This document shows positions 7,819 through 16,155 of a stretch of DNA of 24,000 bases, one piece after another. The notes beneath the pieces are model-generated. The model saw only the letters and a program-made list of their open reading frames with translations. It made no database searches and was not told the origin of the DNA. The translations under genes were made by a program, and so were the position numbers. Location: positions 262,266-286,265 of the forward strand of contig JBQLZH010000005.1 in assembly GCA_052168175.1 (NCBI GenBank), in the 5' to 3' direction. This DNA is from Kiloniellales bacterium (lineage in GTDB: Bacteria; Pseudomonadota; Alphaproteobacteria; Kiloniellales; DSM-21159). Every line of letters begins with the position of its first letter. Within the stretch, counting starts at the first letter, position 1.

Positions 7819-9953
7819 CGTCCCTCGCGGCGCCAGGCGAACAGCAGGGCGGCCAGGGCCAGGGCGAGGGCTGCCAGTTCCGGCAGCAACGGCCGGGTTT
7901 CGACGCCGGTGACCACGAACTCGTTCTGGCCGACCACCCCGAACCAATCGTTACCGGCGCGGTCGCGGTCGGGCCTTACCTTGCGGACGGCGACGTCAGC
8001 CTCTTCTACCAGCGTCTGAGCCCGGCCGCCGGTGGCGGCGATCACGGGCGCCAGCCGTTCGTCGGTGGCGCGCAGATCCGCCATCTCGATGGGATTGACC
8101 GGCCCGGCCGCGGCCAGGGCGATGCGCTCCCCATCGCTGACGCGGTAGACGCCCGGCTGATCGATCGGCAGCGAGGCAATCGCGCGTCCCGGACCGCTGC
8201 GCTGCAGCTCCAGCGTGACGGTTTCGCCGTTGGGGAGGGTCACCTCGACTGGCGACCACTCTTGCTCCAGGCTGCGTTGCTCGACCTCCAGGCGGTTGCC
8301 GTGGACGGCGGCGCGCAGATCCTCCTCTTCCAGATCCGGTTCCTTCATCAGCCAATGGGCGACGCGCCGGGTCAGTTCCGCCTGCGGGCCGCCACCCTCG
8401 AAACCGCGGGACCAGAGCCAGATGTGATCGCTGGTCAACTGCGCGACGCGGCCCTCGCCGATGCGGTCGAGCACCAGCAGCGGCCGTTCATCGGCGCCGG
8501 TCATCAGGATTTCGCCGTCGCGGGCCTCGGTGTCGATCTGGCGAAACCAGCGGCCCCAGCCGGGCAGAGTCTGTCGGCCGTTTGCATCGGAACCGAGCGG
8601 CGCGGCGCCGGGCAGTGCGGCGGTGACCGGGTGGCGCTGGCCGAGATCTGTGACCGCCGCATGGAAGGGGCGCTCCACCACCTCGCCGGTCGGCGTTGCC
8701 GGCAGAACGCGGCCGAGCGGCGTGCGATAGAGCGACAGCGGCGTGGCGAAGGCGGGACCGACCGCCTCGAAGAGCGCGCCGCCTTCCTCTACATAGCGGG
8801 CGATGTTCTCCAGGTAGAGGTTGGGCAAGACGCCGCGCCGCCGATAGCGGTCGAAGATCACCAGGTCGAACTCGTCAAGCTTTACCTCGAAGAGCTCGCG
8901 CGTGGGAAAGGCGATCAGGGACAGTTCGTGGATCGGCGTGCCGTCCTGTTTTTCCGGTGGGCGCAGGATAGTGAAGTGCACCAGATCGACGCTGGGGTCG
9001 GACTTCAGGATGTTGCGCCAAGCGCGCTCGCCGGCATGTGGTTCTCCGGAAACCAGCAGCACGCGCAGGCGGTCTCGTACGCCATTCACCACCACTGCAG
9101 CCGCGTTGTTGCGCAGCGTCAGCTCGTCAGGGCCGGCTTCGGCCTCGATCTCCACCACCGTCGCACCGCGGCGCTCGACCTCGAAGCTGTATTCCACATC
9201 CTGACCCAGCGGCACGCGCAGGACTTCCGGCTCGCCGCCGTCGCGGGCAATACGCAAGACCGCCTGGGCGCTGGACAGAGAACCGCCGGGTTCGGCCTCC
9301 GGCAAGTCGTCCACGCGCAGCGTGAGGGAGACTTCGCGCCCGACGATGCCGTAGCCCGGCACGTTGGTCAGCGTCAGGCGACGGTCGCGCTCGCCATCCA
9401 GGCCGCTGCGCAGCAAATGGACGGGGGCATCGACGGTGAACTGCGCCAGATCCTCGGGAACGTCGTGCACCTGGCCGTCGCTGATCAGGAAGACGGCGCC
9501 GACGCGCGACTGCGCGACCTCGGAGAGGGCTTCGTCGATGGCGGAGAAGAGATGCGTACCGCCGTCCCCGGCGCCGCCTGCTCCCTGACCGCCGTTTAGG
9601 CCACCGCTTTCGGCACGCACCACCCGGATCTCGGTGTCCGGCAGATTCTCCAGTGACTCGGTCAGTGCGGCGAGAGCGGCTTCCTGCTGATCGGGGCGTG
9701 GCGCAATCTCAGTGCTCGGGCTCTCGTCCAGAACCACCAGGGCGACGTCGCGCAAGGGCTCGCGCTCTTCCGATACTGCCGAGGGATTGGCGAGGGCGAG
9801 CAGCAGCGTCGCCGCGAAGAGCGCACGCAGCAATCCGCCGCGTGCGCGTTGCCAAAGGGTGGCGCCACAGATCGCCGCGCTGAACACCGCGAGGGCGAGC
9901 AGCGCGGACCAGGGGATCAGCGGGTCCCAGGCGACCGTCAGATGGTCCAGCAT
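7815..9953 (-). CDS. Membrane-anchored vWA-like / GATase1-like protein, fourth gene of the MoxR operon
   Basis: ATG 9953 sits 12 nt after an AGGAGG that overlaps the upstream stop. There are two N-terminal TM helices and one C-terminal TM helix (AALALALAALLFAW-RREGR). A DxSxS MIDAS-type motif follows a beta-strand (VALVVLDESPS). A central segment (LRVLLVSGEPHAGERAWRNILKSDPSVDLVHFTILRPPE...FDLVIFDRY) resembles class-I glutamine-amidotransferase-like folds seen in Bat-type operon proteins (inference). Confidence 0.8.
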   Translation of the reverse strand: MLDHLTVAWDPLIPWSALLALAVFSAAICGATLWQRARGGLLRALFAATLLLALANPSAVSEEREPLRDVALVVLDESPSTEIAPRPDQQEAALAALTESLENLPDTEIRVVRAESGGLNGGQGAGGAGDGGTHLFSAIDEALSEVAQSRVGAVFLISDGQVHDVPEDLAQFTVDAPVHLLRSGLDGERDRRLTLTNVPGYGIVGREVSLTLRVDDLPEAEPGGSLSSAQAVLRIARDGGEPEVLRVPLGQDVEYSFEVERRGATVVEIEAEAGPDELTLRNNAAAVVVNGVRDRLRVLLVSGEPHAGERAWRNILKSDPSVDLVHFTILRPPEKQDGTPIHELSLIAFPTRELFEVKLDEFDLVIFDRYRRRGVLPNLYLENIARYVEEGGALFEAVGPAFATPLSLYRTPLGRVLPATPTGEVVERPFHAAVTDLGQRHPVTAALPGAAPLGSDANGRQTLPGWGRWFRQIDTEARDGEILMTGADERPLLVLDRIGEGRVAQLTSDHIWLWSRGFEGGGPQAELTRRVAHWLMKEPDLEEEDLRAAVHGNRLEVEQRSLEQEWSPVEVTLPNGETVTLELQRSGPGRAIASLPIDQPGVYRVSDGERIALAAAGPVNPIEMADLRATDERLAPVIAATGGRAQTLVEEADVAVRKVRPDRDRAGNDWFGVVGQNEFVVTGVETRPLLPELAALALALAALLFAWRREGR

Positions 9954-9969
9954 GCTGCCGTCTCGCCTC

Positions 9970-12783
9970 CTACTGTCCCAGGCGTTCAAGAATGTAGGGC
10001 ACGTGGACCTGGTCGGCCTTGTAGTTGCCGGTCAAGGCGTACATCACGAGGTTGACCCCGAAGCGGTAGGCCATCTCGCGCTGCCGCTCGCCGCCGGGCA
10101 CCACCGCGGCCCGGGGGCGCCCCAGGTCATCGATCGCCCAAGCACCGGCCCAATCGTTGGAGCCGATGACGACCGAAGCGACGCCGTCGTTGTCGGCCTC
10201 GTCGGGGTTCTCGACCCAGAGCGTTCCGCCTTCGTAGCGACCGGGGAAGTCCTGCAGCAGATAGAAAGCCTTGGTCAGCACATGCTCCGGCGGCACGGGC
10301 ACCAGCTGCGGGATCTGAATCCCGTCAGTCAGGCGCTGCAGCGCCTGGCTGTTGCGGCTGGCCTCTCCGAACAGGCGGGTGCCGGCCGTCGGCTCGCGCA
10401 GATCGATCAAGAGCGTACCACCGTTGGTCAGGTACTCGTTGAGCGCGCGCCGGGCCGCGGAATCCAGACTGGTCTGCTCGGCCGTGATCGGCCAGTAGAG
10501 CAGAGGGAAGAAAGCCAGTTCGTCGCGCCCCAACTCGACCGCCATGGGATCGGACGGTTCGACCGCCGTACGCCGCAGCAGAAGCCGTGACAGCCCCGAG
10601 AGGCCGGAGCGGCTGATATCGTCGACCTGCGGCACGCCGGTGACGACATAGGCGAGACGGGTCTCGAGCGTTGCAGCCAGTATCCGGCGCAGATCGTCGT
10701 CGTCGCCGGACTGCGCCTGTGCCGCGGGACTGGCCAGCAGCAGAGCCGACAGCAGCACGACCGCTGCCGTTCCGACACCCCCGGCCGTTCCTCCGCCTCT
10801 GGCGGTGCCGGCGGTTCCTCCGCCTCTGGCGGCCTGGCGCAGGCCGCCCGGCCGCAGGCTCAGATGACCTCGCAGAGCCAGGGCGATGAGGGCGTCCAGC
10901 AGGGCGACGACGAGAGCCGCGGTCAACAGCCAGGGCAGCAGGTCCTGCTCGTCGCTGCCGGCGTAGACGCGTGACTCCAGGGTGCCAGGCAGACTGCCGA
11001 TGGGCGTCAGGACGGGTACGCCGGCCACCAGGTTGTGAGCGCGACGTCCTGCGTCGGTGCCGTAGATGCCGGGGGGGTGGCGCGGACCGACTTCGCCGGC
11101 CTCTATGGCCTCCGCCGTCAAAGCCAGAGCGGTTGCTGGCGGGTTTCCGAGCCGGCCGAAGCCGTCAAGGGTGGACAAGGGCGGGAGGGCTGCCTCGCTG
11201 GTACCGCTGACACCTTGGCTGACCGCCACAATCCGCCGCAGCATTTCGACGAAGAGGCCGGAGAGCGGCAGATCGGACCACTCGGTGTTTGCGGTGGTGT
11301 GGACCAGCGCCAGCCATCCCTGACCACGCGGCTCGGCAGTGACCAAGGGCGTACCGTCGGTCAACTGCGCCCAGGTTTTCTCCGGCAGATCCAGTGCTGG
11401 CTCCGCCAGAACCTGGCGGGACACGGCGACGTCCTCCGGCAGCATCAGCCCCGCGAAAGGCGAGTCGTGGGTGAAGGGTGCCAACTCGGCCGGATCGCTC
11501 CAGGTCAGGGCGCCGCCCATGATGCGGCCGCCACGGCGCAGTTCGACCGGCAGGAGCCCGTCGTCGCTCTCCGCCAGCCGCGGACCGGCGAAGCGCAGCA
11601 GAAGGCCGCCTGCCTCGACCCAGCGTTCCAGGGCCGTCGCCTGCTCCGGCGGCAGCGGGCCGAGGTCGGGTAGGGCGATCACCGCAACGCCGCGGTCCAT
11701 CAGCTGTCCGATATCACCGCGGCTGATCTCCGTGAAGGGCGTCAGAGCGCGCTCCAGATAGTAGAGCTCGCTCAAGAGCGGCTGCGCCGACTCCAGCGGA
11801 CCGGCGGACACCAGGCCGACTGGCCGGCGACGCCAGCGCTCGTCGAGGAACAGCACTGCGCCGGCGCCGGCCTCGCCTTCGATGTCAAGGCGGGTTATGC
11901 GGTTGCGCAGCTCGATCGGCAGCGTCAGGGCCTGGGCCGTTTCCGCCGCCTCGGGCTCGAAATCCAAGGTCTGCTGGGTCACGAGGCGGCCGCGGTCGTC
12001 GCTGGCCCGCACGGTCAGGCTGTCGGGTGTCTCCGTTGCGACGCGGCCTGCGCGCAGGATCAGCGAGGCCGTGTCGATCTCCGGCGGCAGCAGGAGGCGC
12101 GGCAGATCGTCCGGGACGTCGCGATAGATCTGGACGCTGCCGAGATCGGCAAGCGCTTGGGCGAACTCGGCGGCTTCGGGCTCTGCCCCACTCTCCAGCC
12201 CGTCGGACAACCAGACCACCGTTGCCGGTTCTTCCAAGGTCAGCGCGCGCAGCCGTTCCGCCGCGAGGGGACGGTCGACGGCCCAGGGCCGCGGCTGAAT
12301 GCTCTGGGCGATGCGCCGCGCCTCGGCTGGGGGGAGGGCGGACAGCCGGGTTTCCGCTGCTTCGCGCCCGTCGGGGGCGGTGGTCGCCAGCACCACCGCG
12401 CGGCGGTCGCGCTCCGCCTGATCCAGCAGCTCGCCGAGCAGACGTTCCCGTGCCGCCCAGTTGGCCGCGGCTGCCCAGCCGTTGTCGACCACCACGACAA
12501 CCGGCCCACCGCCGGCGAGCTGGGCGCTCGGATTGAGGATCGGCCGCGCCAGTCCGATGATGACCAGCGCCGCCAGCAGCATACGAAGGGCGATCAGCCA
12601 CCAGGGCGTGCGTGCAGGCGTCTCTTCCGGCGGCTGCAGACCGAAGAGCAGACGGATTGCCGGAAAACTCAAGCGCTTGGGCGCTGGCGGCGTGACACGG
12701 AGCAACCACCAGAGGATCGGCAGTCCCGCCAGGGCGAACAGCAGCCACGGATTCACGAAGCCCAGCGGACCCAAAGTCAGCAT
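9970..12783 (-). CDS. BatA_N (double-TM anchor) ... DUF4159 fusion membrane protein, third gene of the MoxR operon
   Basis: ATG 12783 is preceded by GGGGAGG and lies 4 nt after the DUF58 stop. The N-terminus LGPLGFVNPWLLFALAGLPILWWLLRVTPPAPKRLSFPAIRLL matches the aerotolerance-regulator N-terminal / TIGR02226-type double-TM anchor. The C-terminus ...AFYLLQDFPGRYEGGTLWVE...GSNDWAGAWAID...YRFGVNLVMYALTGNYKADQVHVPYILERLGQ matches DUF4159. Two more internal TM segments are present. Confidence 0.85.
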   Translation of the reverse strand: MLTLGPLGFVNPWLLFALAGLPILWWLLRVTPPAPKRLSFPAIRLLFGLQPPEETPARTPWWLIALRMLLAALVIIGLARPILNPSAQLAGGGPVVVVVDNGWAAAANWAARERLLGELLDQAERDRRAVVLATTAPDGREAAETRLSALPPAEARRIAQSIQPRPWAVDRPLAAERLRALTLEEPATVVWLSDGLESGAEPEAAEFAQALADLGSVQIYRDVPDDLPRLLLPPEIDTASLILRAGRVATETPDSLTVRASDDRGRLVTQQTLDFEPEAAETAQALTLPIELRNRITRLDIEGEAGAGAVLFLDERWRRRPVGLVSAGPLESAQPLLSELYYLERALTPFTEISRGDIGQLMDRGVAVIALPDLGPLPPEQATALERWVEAGGLLLRFAGPRLAESDDGLLPVELRRGGRIMGGALTWSDPAELAPFTHDSPFAGLMLPEDVAVSRQVLAEPALDLPEKTWAQLTDGTPLVTAEPRGQGWLALVHTTANTEWSDLPLSGLFVEMLRRIVAVSQGVSGTSEAALPPLSTLDGFGRLGNPPATALALTAEAIEAGEVGPRHPPGIYGTDAGRRAHNLVAGVPVLTPIGSLPGTLESRVYAGSDEQDLLPWLLTAALVVALLDALIALALRGHLSLRPGGLRQAARGGGTAGTARGGGTAGGVGTAAVVLLSALLLASPAAQAQSGDDDDLRRILAATLETRLAYVVTGVPQVDDISRSGLSGLSRLLLRRTAVEPSDPMAVELGRDELAFFPLLYWPITAEQTSLDSAARRALNEYLTNGGTLLIDLREPTAGTRLFGEASRNSQALQRLTDGIQIPQLVPVPPEHVLTKAFYLLQDFPGRYEGGTLWVENPDEADNDGVASVVIGSNDWAGAWAIDDLGRPRAAVVPGGERQREMAYRFGVNLVMYALTGNYKADQVHVPYILERLGQ
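10781..10834 (-). repeat. In-frame 27-nt tandem duplication (2 copies, 24/27 identical) in a Gly-rich linker
   Basis: ccggccgttcctccgcctctggcggtg / ccggcggttcctccgcctctggcggcc. It is translated on the minus strand as ...ARGGGTAGTARGGGTAGG..., between two internal TM segments of the 9970..12783 protein. Confidence 0.9.
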
Positions 12784-12787
12784 CGCG

Positions 12788-13702
12788 TCAGCGCCTCCCC
12801 GGCTGTACGGCCAACGTCTGGTAGAGCCCCAGCAGAGCCGATTGCGGCGTCGAGTCGGTGTGGTGCACACCCGCGGTCCAGCCAGCGCGTCGCGCGATCT
12901 CGATCAGACCGTCGCGCTGTTGCGACAGACGTTCCAGGTAGGCCCCGCGGACCGTCTCCACCCGGCTCAGCAGCCAAGGGTCCTCGCCTTCCAGACCCTC
13001 GAAGCGCACCCGGCCCTGAAACGGCAGGCCCTCCTCGGCGGGATCCAGGATCTGCAGAATGTGGCCGCGCAGGCCGCGCTCGGCGAAGTAACGTACCCGC
13101 GCCTCGATGATCTCCAGCGGCTGCAGAAAGTCGCCGAACCAGACCAGCTGGCCGAACCGCGGCAACTCCTGGCGCGGGGCCAGGCCGTCCTCGTCGGGCA
13201 GGCGCACCGCCTCCTTGCCTCGTTCGATCTCGAGCGTCAGGCGGGTCAGGGTCGCGCGGCTGGCATCGGGCCGGCGACCGGTGCCGGCCAGCGCAACGCG
13301 CTCGCCAGCCTGGATGGCCAGAACCGCCAGCCCCAGCAGCAGCAGGTCGGCACGGGCGCGCTTGGTTTCCAGGTTGCGATCCGAGGACCAATCCATCGAA
13401 GCGGAGCTATCGCGCCACAGCCAGACGGACTGCGCCGCCTCCCACTCCATCTGGCGCACGAAAACCCGATCCGACTTGGCGGTCTGGCGCCAGTCGATGG
13501 TTTGCGGCGTATCGCCAGGCTCGTAGGGCCGGAACTGCCAAAAGGCCTCGCCCTGCCCAACCCGTCGCCGGCCGTGCACACCCTGAGCGACCGACGAGGC
13601 CACTCGCTCGGCGGCCACCAGCAGAGGCGGCAGGGTCGCGGCCAGGGCCTCGCTGCGTTGCTGCAGCGGCAGATCCGGGGGGAGGACCGAGCGCAGCTCC
13701 AT
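12788..13702 (-). CDS. DUF58 domain protein (vWA-like, MIDAS DSSAS)
   Basis: Hallmark DUF58 motif GEAFWQFRPYEPGDTPQTIDWRQTAKSDRVFVRQMEWEAAQSVWLWRDSSASM. ATG 13702 is 8 nt after the moxR stop. No TM segment is seen. Confidence 0.9.
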   Translation of the reverse strand: MELRSVLPPDLPLQQRSEALAATLPPLLVAAERVASSVAQGVHGRRRVGQGEAFWQFRPYEPGDTPQTIDWRQTAKSDRVFVRQMEWEAAQSVWLWRDSSASMDWSSDRNLETKRARADLLLLGLAVLAIQAGERVALAGTGRRPDASRATLTRLTLEIERGKEAVRLPDEDGLAPRQELPRFGQLVWFGDFLQPLEIIEARVRYFAERGLRGHILQILDPAEEGLPFQGRVRFEGLEGEDPWLLSRVETVRGAYLERLSQQRDGLIEIARRAGWTAGVHHTDSTPQSALLGLYQTLAVQPGRR

Positions 13703-13710
13703 CGGCCGGC

Positions 13711-14730
13711 TTAGAGATAGGGCTCGCAGAGCAAACCGATGATATCGTCTATCACCACGCCGTCGGCACGTGCCGCAAAGCTCAGCGCCATGCGGTGTCG
13801 CAGCACCGGCCCGGCCATGGCCAGCACATCGTCCATCGAGGGCGCGAAGCGGCCGTCCAGCACGGCGCGGGCGCGGACCGCCAGCATCAAGGCCTGGCTG
13901 GCGCGCGGGCCGGGGCCCCAGGCCACCTGGGCCTTGACCTCCTCGCGCGCCGTCTCGGTCGGCCGCCCGGAACGGACGATGCTGAGAATGGCCTCGACCA
14001 CCTGTTCGCCCACGGGCACCCGGCGGACCAGCTTCTGCGCGGTCATCAGCTCGCTCGGCGACATGACCTGCTGCGCTTCGCTGCTGCGCGCGCCCGTGGT
14101 CGCCAACAGCATCTGGCGTTCGGCCTCCAAGTCCGGATAGCCGACCTGAATCTCGACGAAGAAACGGTCGAGCTGGGCCTCCGGCAGCGGATAGGTGCCT
14201 TCCTGTTCCAAGGGGTTCTGGGTGGCCAGCACGTGGAACGGGTTCGGCAGCTCATGCGGGGAGCCCGCAACGGTCACGCGGTGCTCCTGCATCGCCTGCA
14301 GCAATGCCGACTGGGTCCGCGGGCTGGCGCGGTTGATCTCGTCGGCCATCAGCAGCTGTGCGAAGACCGGTCCCTTGATGAAGCGGAAGCTGCGGCGGCC
14401 GCTCTCGCCCTCCTCCAACACCTCGGACCCCAGGATATCGGCCGGCATGAGGTCCGGCGTACATTGGACGCGGCGATCCTCCAGCCCGAACACCGTCCCG
14501 AGCGTTTCGACGAGACGGGTCTTCGCCAGGCCGGGCACGCCGACCAGCAGCGTATGGCCGCCGGCAAGCAGCGTGATCAGCGTGTTGTCCACCACCTGCT
14601 GCTGACCGAAAATGACGTGACCGATACCTTCGCGCACTGCGGCGAGGCGATGGCCCAGGCGTTCGATCTCGCCCGCGAGGCGATCGGCCTCGACTTCGGC
14701 GGTCAGCGGCGCGGTTTCGGTGGTGGTCAT
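13711..14730 (-). CDS. moxR: MoxR-family AAA+ ATPase
   Basis: Walker A is GVPGLAKT and Walker B is LLMADEINRA, followed by SPRTQSALLQAMQE and ...HVLATQNPLEQEGTYPLPEAQLDRF, typical of the AAA_3/MoxR family. ATG 14730 is preceded by GGGAGG about 10 nt upstream. The track's longer N-terminus (14781) is less likely. Confidence 0.92.
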   Translation of the reverse strand: MTTTETAPLTAEVEADRLAGEIERLGHRLAAVREGIGHVIFGQQQVVDNTLITLLAGGHTLLVGVPGLAKTRLVETLGTVFGLEDRRVQCTPDLMPADILGSEVLEEGESGRRSFRFIKGPVFAQLLMADEINRASPRTQSALLQAMQEHRVTVAGSPHELPNPFHVLATQNPLEQEGTYPLPEAQLDRFFVEIQVGYPDLEAERQMLLATTGARSSEAQQVMSPSELMTAQKLVRRVPVGEQVVEAILSIVRSGRPTETAREEVKAQVAWGPGPRASQALMLAVRARAVLDGRFAPSMDDVLAMAGPVLRHRMALSFAARADGVVIDDIIGLLCEPYL

Positions 14731-14902
14731 CTGCGGCTTGGCCTCCCTACCGGTCTGGCGCTGCATATCGGTCCGCGCCACATGCTAGAGTCCCCCTCTA
14801 TCAGGGTGACCTGAAAAAGCTACCGACGCTAGGCCCCGAATCGAAACCTCGACGATACTAGAGACCTAGAGCTCGACTATGGCAAAGATAGGGAGGCGCG
14901 CG

Positions 14903-15469
14903 ATGAAACGACAGTCCGCCACCCCTTCATCCGACGACACGAAATCGCGAGACAGCGCCGCAGGCGGCGGCCCGCAGTGGCCGTCCTGCGGGGATTTCGA
15001 CATGAAGATCGCCCGTGACGGCACTTGGTACTACCGGGGCGGGCCGATCGGCCGAAAGCGGCTGGTCAAGCTCTTCTCCACGGTGCTGCGCCGCGAGCCG
15101 GACGGCAGCTACTGGTTGGTGACGCCGGTCGAGCGCGGACGAATCGAGGTGGAAGACGCGCCCTTCATTGCCGAGGAACTGGTCGAGATCGGGTCGGGGG
15201 CAGACATGACTCTGTCCTTCCGGACCAATCTGGACGAATGGGTCGAAGCCGATGCCGCCCATCCTCTGCGCATCGCCCATGACGCTGACAGCGGCGAGCC
15301 GAGGCCCTATATCCTGGTACGGGACGGCCTGGAGGCGCGCCTGGCGCGTGCCGCCTTCTATCACCTGGTGGAACTGGCCGTGCCCCAACGAGACGAAGAG
15401 GGACGGGAACGCCTCGGCGTATGGAGCAAGGGCAGTTTCTTTCCGCTGGACCCGCCGTCCGGCAGCTGA
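14903..15469 (+). CDS. DUF1285 domain protein
   Basis: Contains ...DFDMKIARDGTWYYRGGPIGRKRLVKLFSTVLRREPDGSYWLVTPVERGRIEVEDAPFIAEEL..., as in DUF1285 proteins, which commonly sit next to moxR and a CoA pyrophosphatase in Alphaproteobacteria. ATG 14903 has GGGAGG 6 nt upstream; ATG 14879 is the alternative. Confidence 0.85.
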   Translation: MKRQSATPSSDDTKSRDSAAGGGPQWPSCGDFDMKIARDGTWYYRGGPIGRKRLVKLFSTVLRREPDGSYWLVTPVERGRIEVEDAPFIAEELVEIGSGADMTLSFRTNLDEWVEADAAHPLRIAHDADSGEPRPYILVRDGLEARLARAAFYHLVELAVPQRDEEGRERLGVWSKGSFFPLDPPSGS

Positions 15470-16134
15470 CCGGAGCGGCGGTCGAGCGCCGGCTGCGCGC
15501 AGCCACACCCGGACGCCGCTCCGCTCTGACCCTCGAGCCGGAGGGGACACGCGGCGACCACGAACTCAATCCCGATCTGTACGATCCCACGCAGGCGATG
15601 AAGGCGGCGGCGGTTCTGGTGCCGCTGGTCGAGACTGCCAAAGGCTTGAGTGTGCTGCTGACCCGGCGCACCGCGCATCTGCGCGATCATGCCGGCCAGA
15701 TCGCTTTTCCCGGCGGTCGGATCGAGCCGCAGGACGCCGACGCGCTGGCCTGCGCCTTACGCGAAAGCGAGGAAGAGGTCGGTTTGGCCCGTGATCTGGT
15801 GATGCCGATCGGCCAGCTCGATATTTACGTGACCCGTACCGGCTTCGAAGTCACGCCTGTGGTTGGCCGTGTTGCCGCGCCGCTTAACCTGACGCTGGAT
15901 CCTTTCGAGGTGGCGGAGACTTTCGAGGTGCCGCTGTCATTCTTTCTGGATCCCGCCAACCGTGAAATCCAGAGCCGCGCCTACCAGGGCAAGACCCGCT
16001 ACTTCTATGTATATCCCTATCGCGACTACTACATTTGGGGCGCGACCGCAGGGATGATCAACAATCTTGTGGAGGTAATGCTCGGTGGGGATGAACTCGG
16101 CCGCGATCAATTGGGCGGCGATGAAGCTGTCTAA
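15421..16134 (+). CDS. NUDIX hydrolase, CoA pyrophosphatase type (NudL-like)
   Basis: AAVLVPLV...LLTRRTAHLRDHAGQIAFPGGRIEPQDADALACALRESEEEVGL contains the NUDIX box in the CoA-pyrophosphatase context. The start is uncertain: ATG 15421 overlaps the DUF1285 gene by 49 nt, CTG 15466 overlaps its TGA, and ATG 15598 would delete conserved N-terminal sequence. Confidence 0.8.
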   Translation: MEQGQFLSAGPAVRQLTGAAVERRLRAATPGRRSALTLEPEGTRGDHELNPDLYDPTQAMKAAAVLVPLVETAKGLSVLLTRRTAHLRDHAGQIAFPGGRIEPQDADALACALRESEEEVGLARDLVMPIGQLDIYVTRTGFEVTPVVGRVAAPLNLTLDPFEVAETFEVPLSFFLDPANREIQSRAYQGKTRYFYVYPYRDYYIWGATAGMINNLVEVMLGGDELGRDQLGGDEAV

Positions 16135-16155
16135 CGCAGGAGCGCACAGGGCCAC

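Noticed and set aside
8262-9599. 445-aa plus-strand ORF inside the vWA membrane-protein gene. Similar long antisense or alternative-frame ORFs occur at 5154..6251 (-), 12157..13110 (+), 12461..13714 (+), 13795..14814 (+), 11885..12748 (-) and 9712..10590 (+).
   Set aside because: All have low-complexity Arg/Ala/Gly/Pro-rich translations and lack start-site signals. They lie opposite or out of frame to genes with strong family motifs, so they are GC-driven stop-codon-poor frames, not genes.
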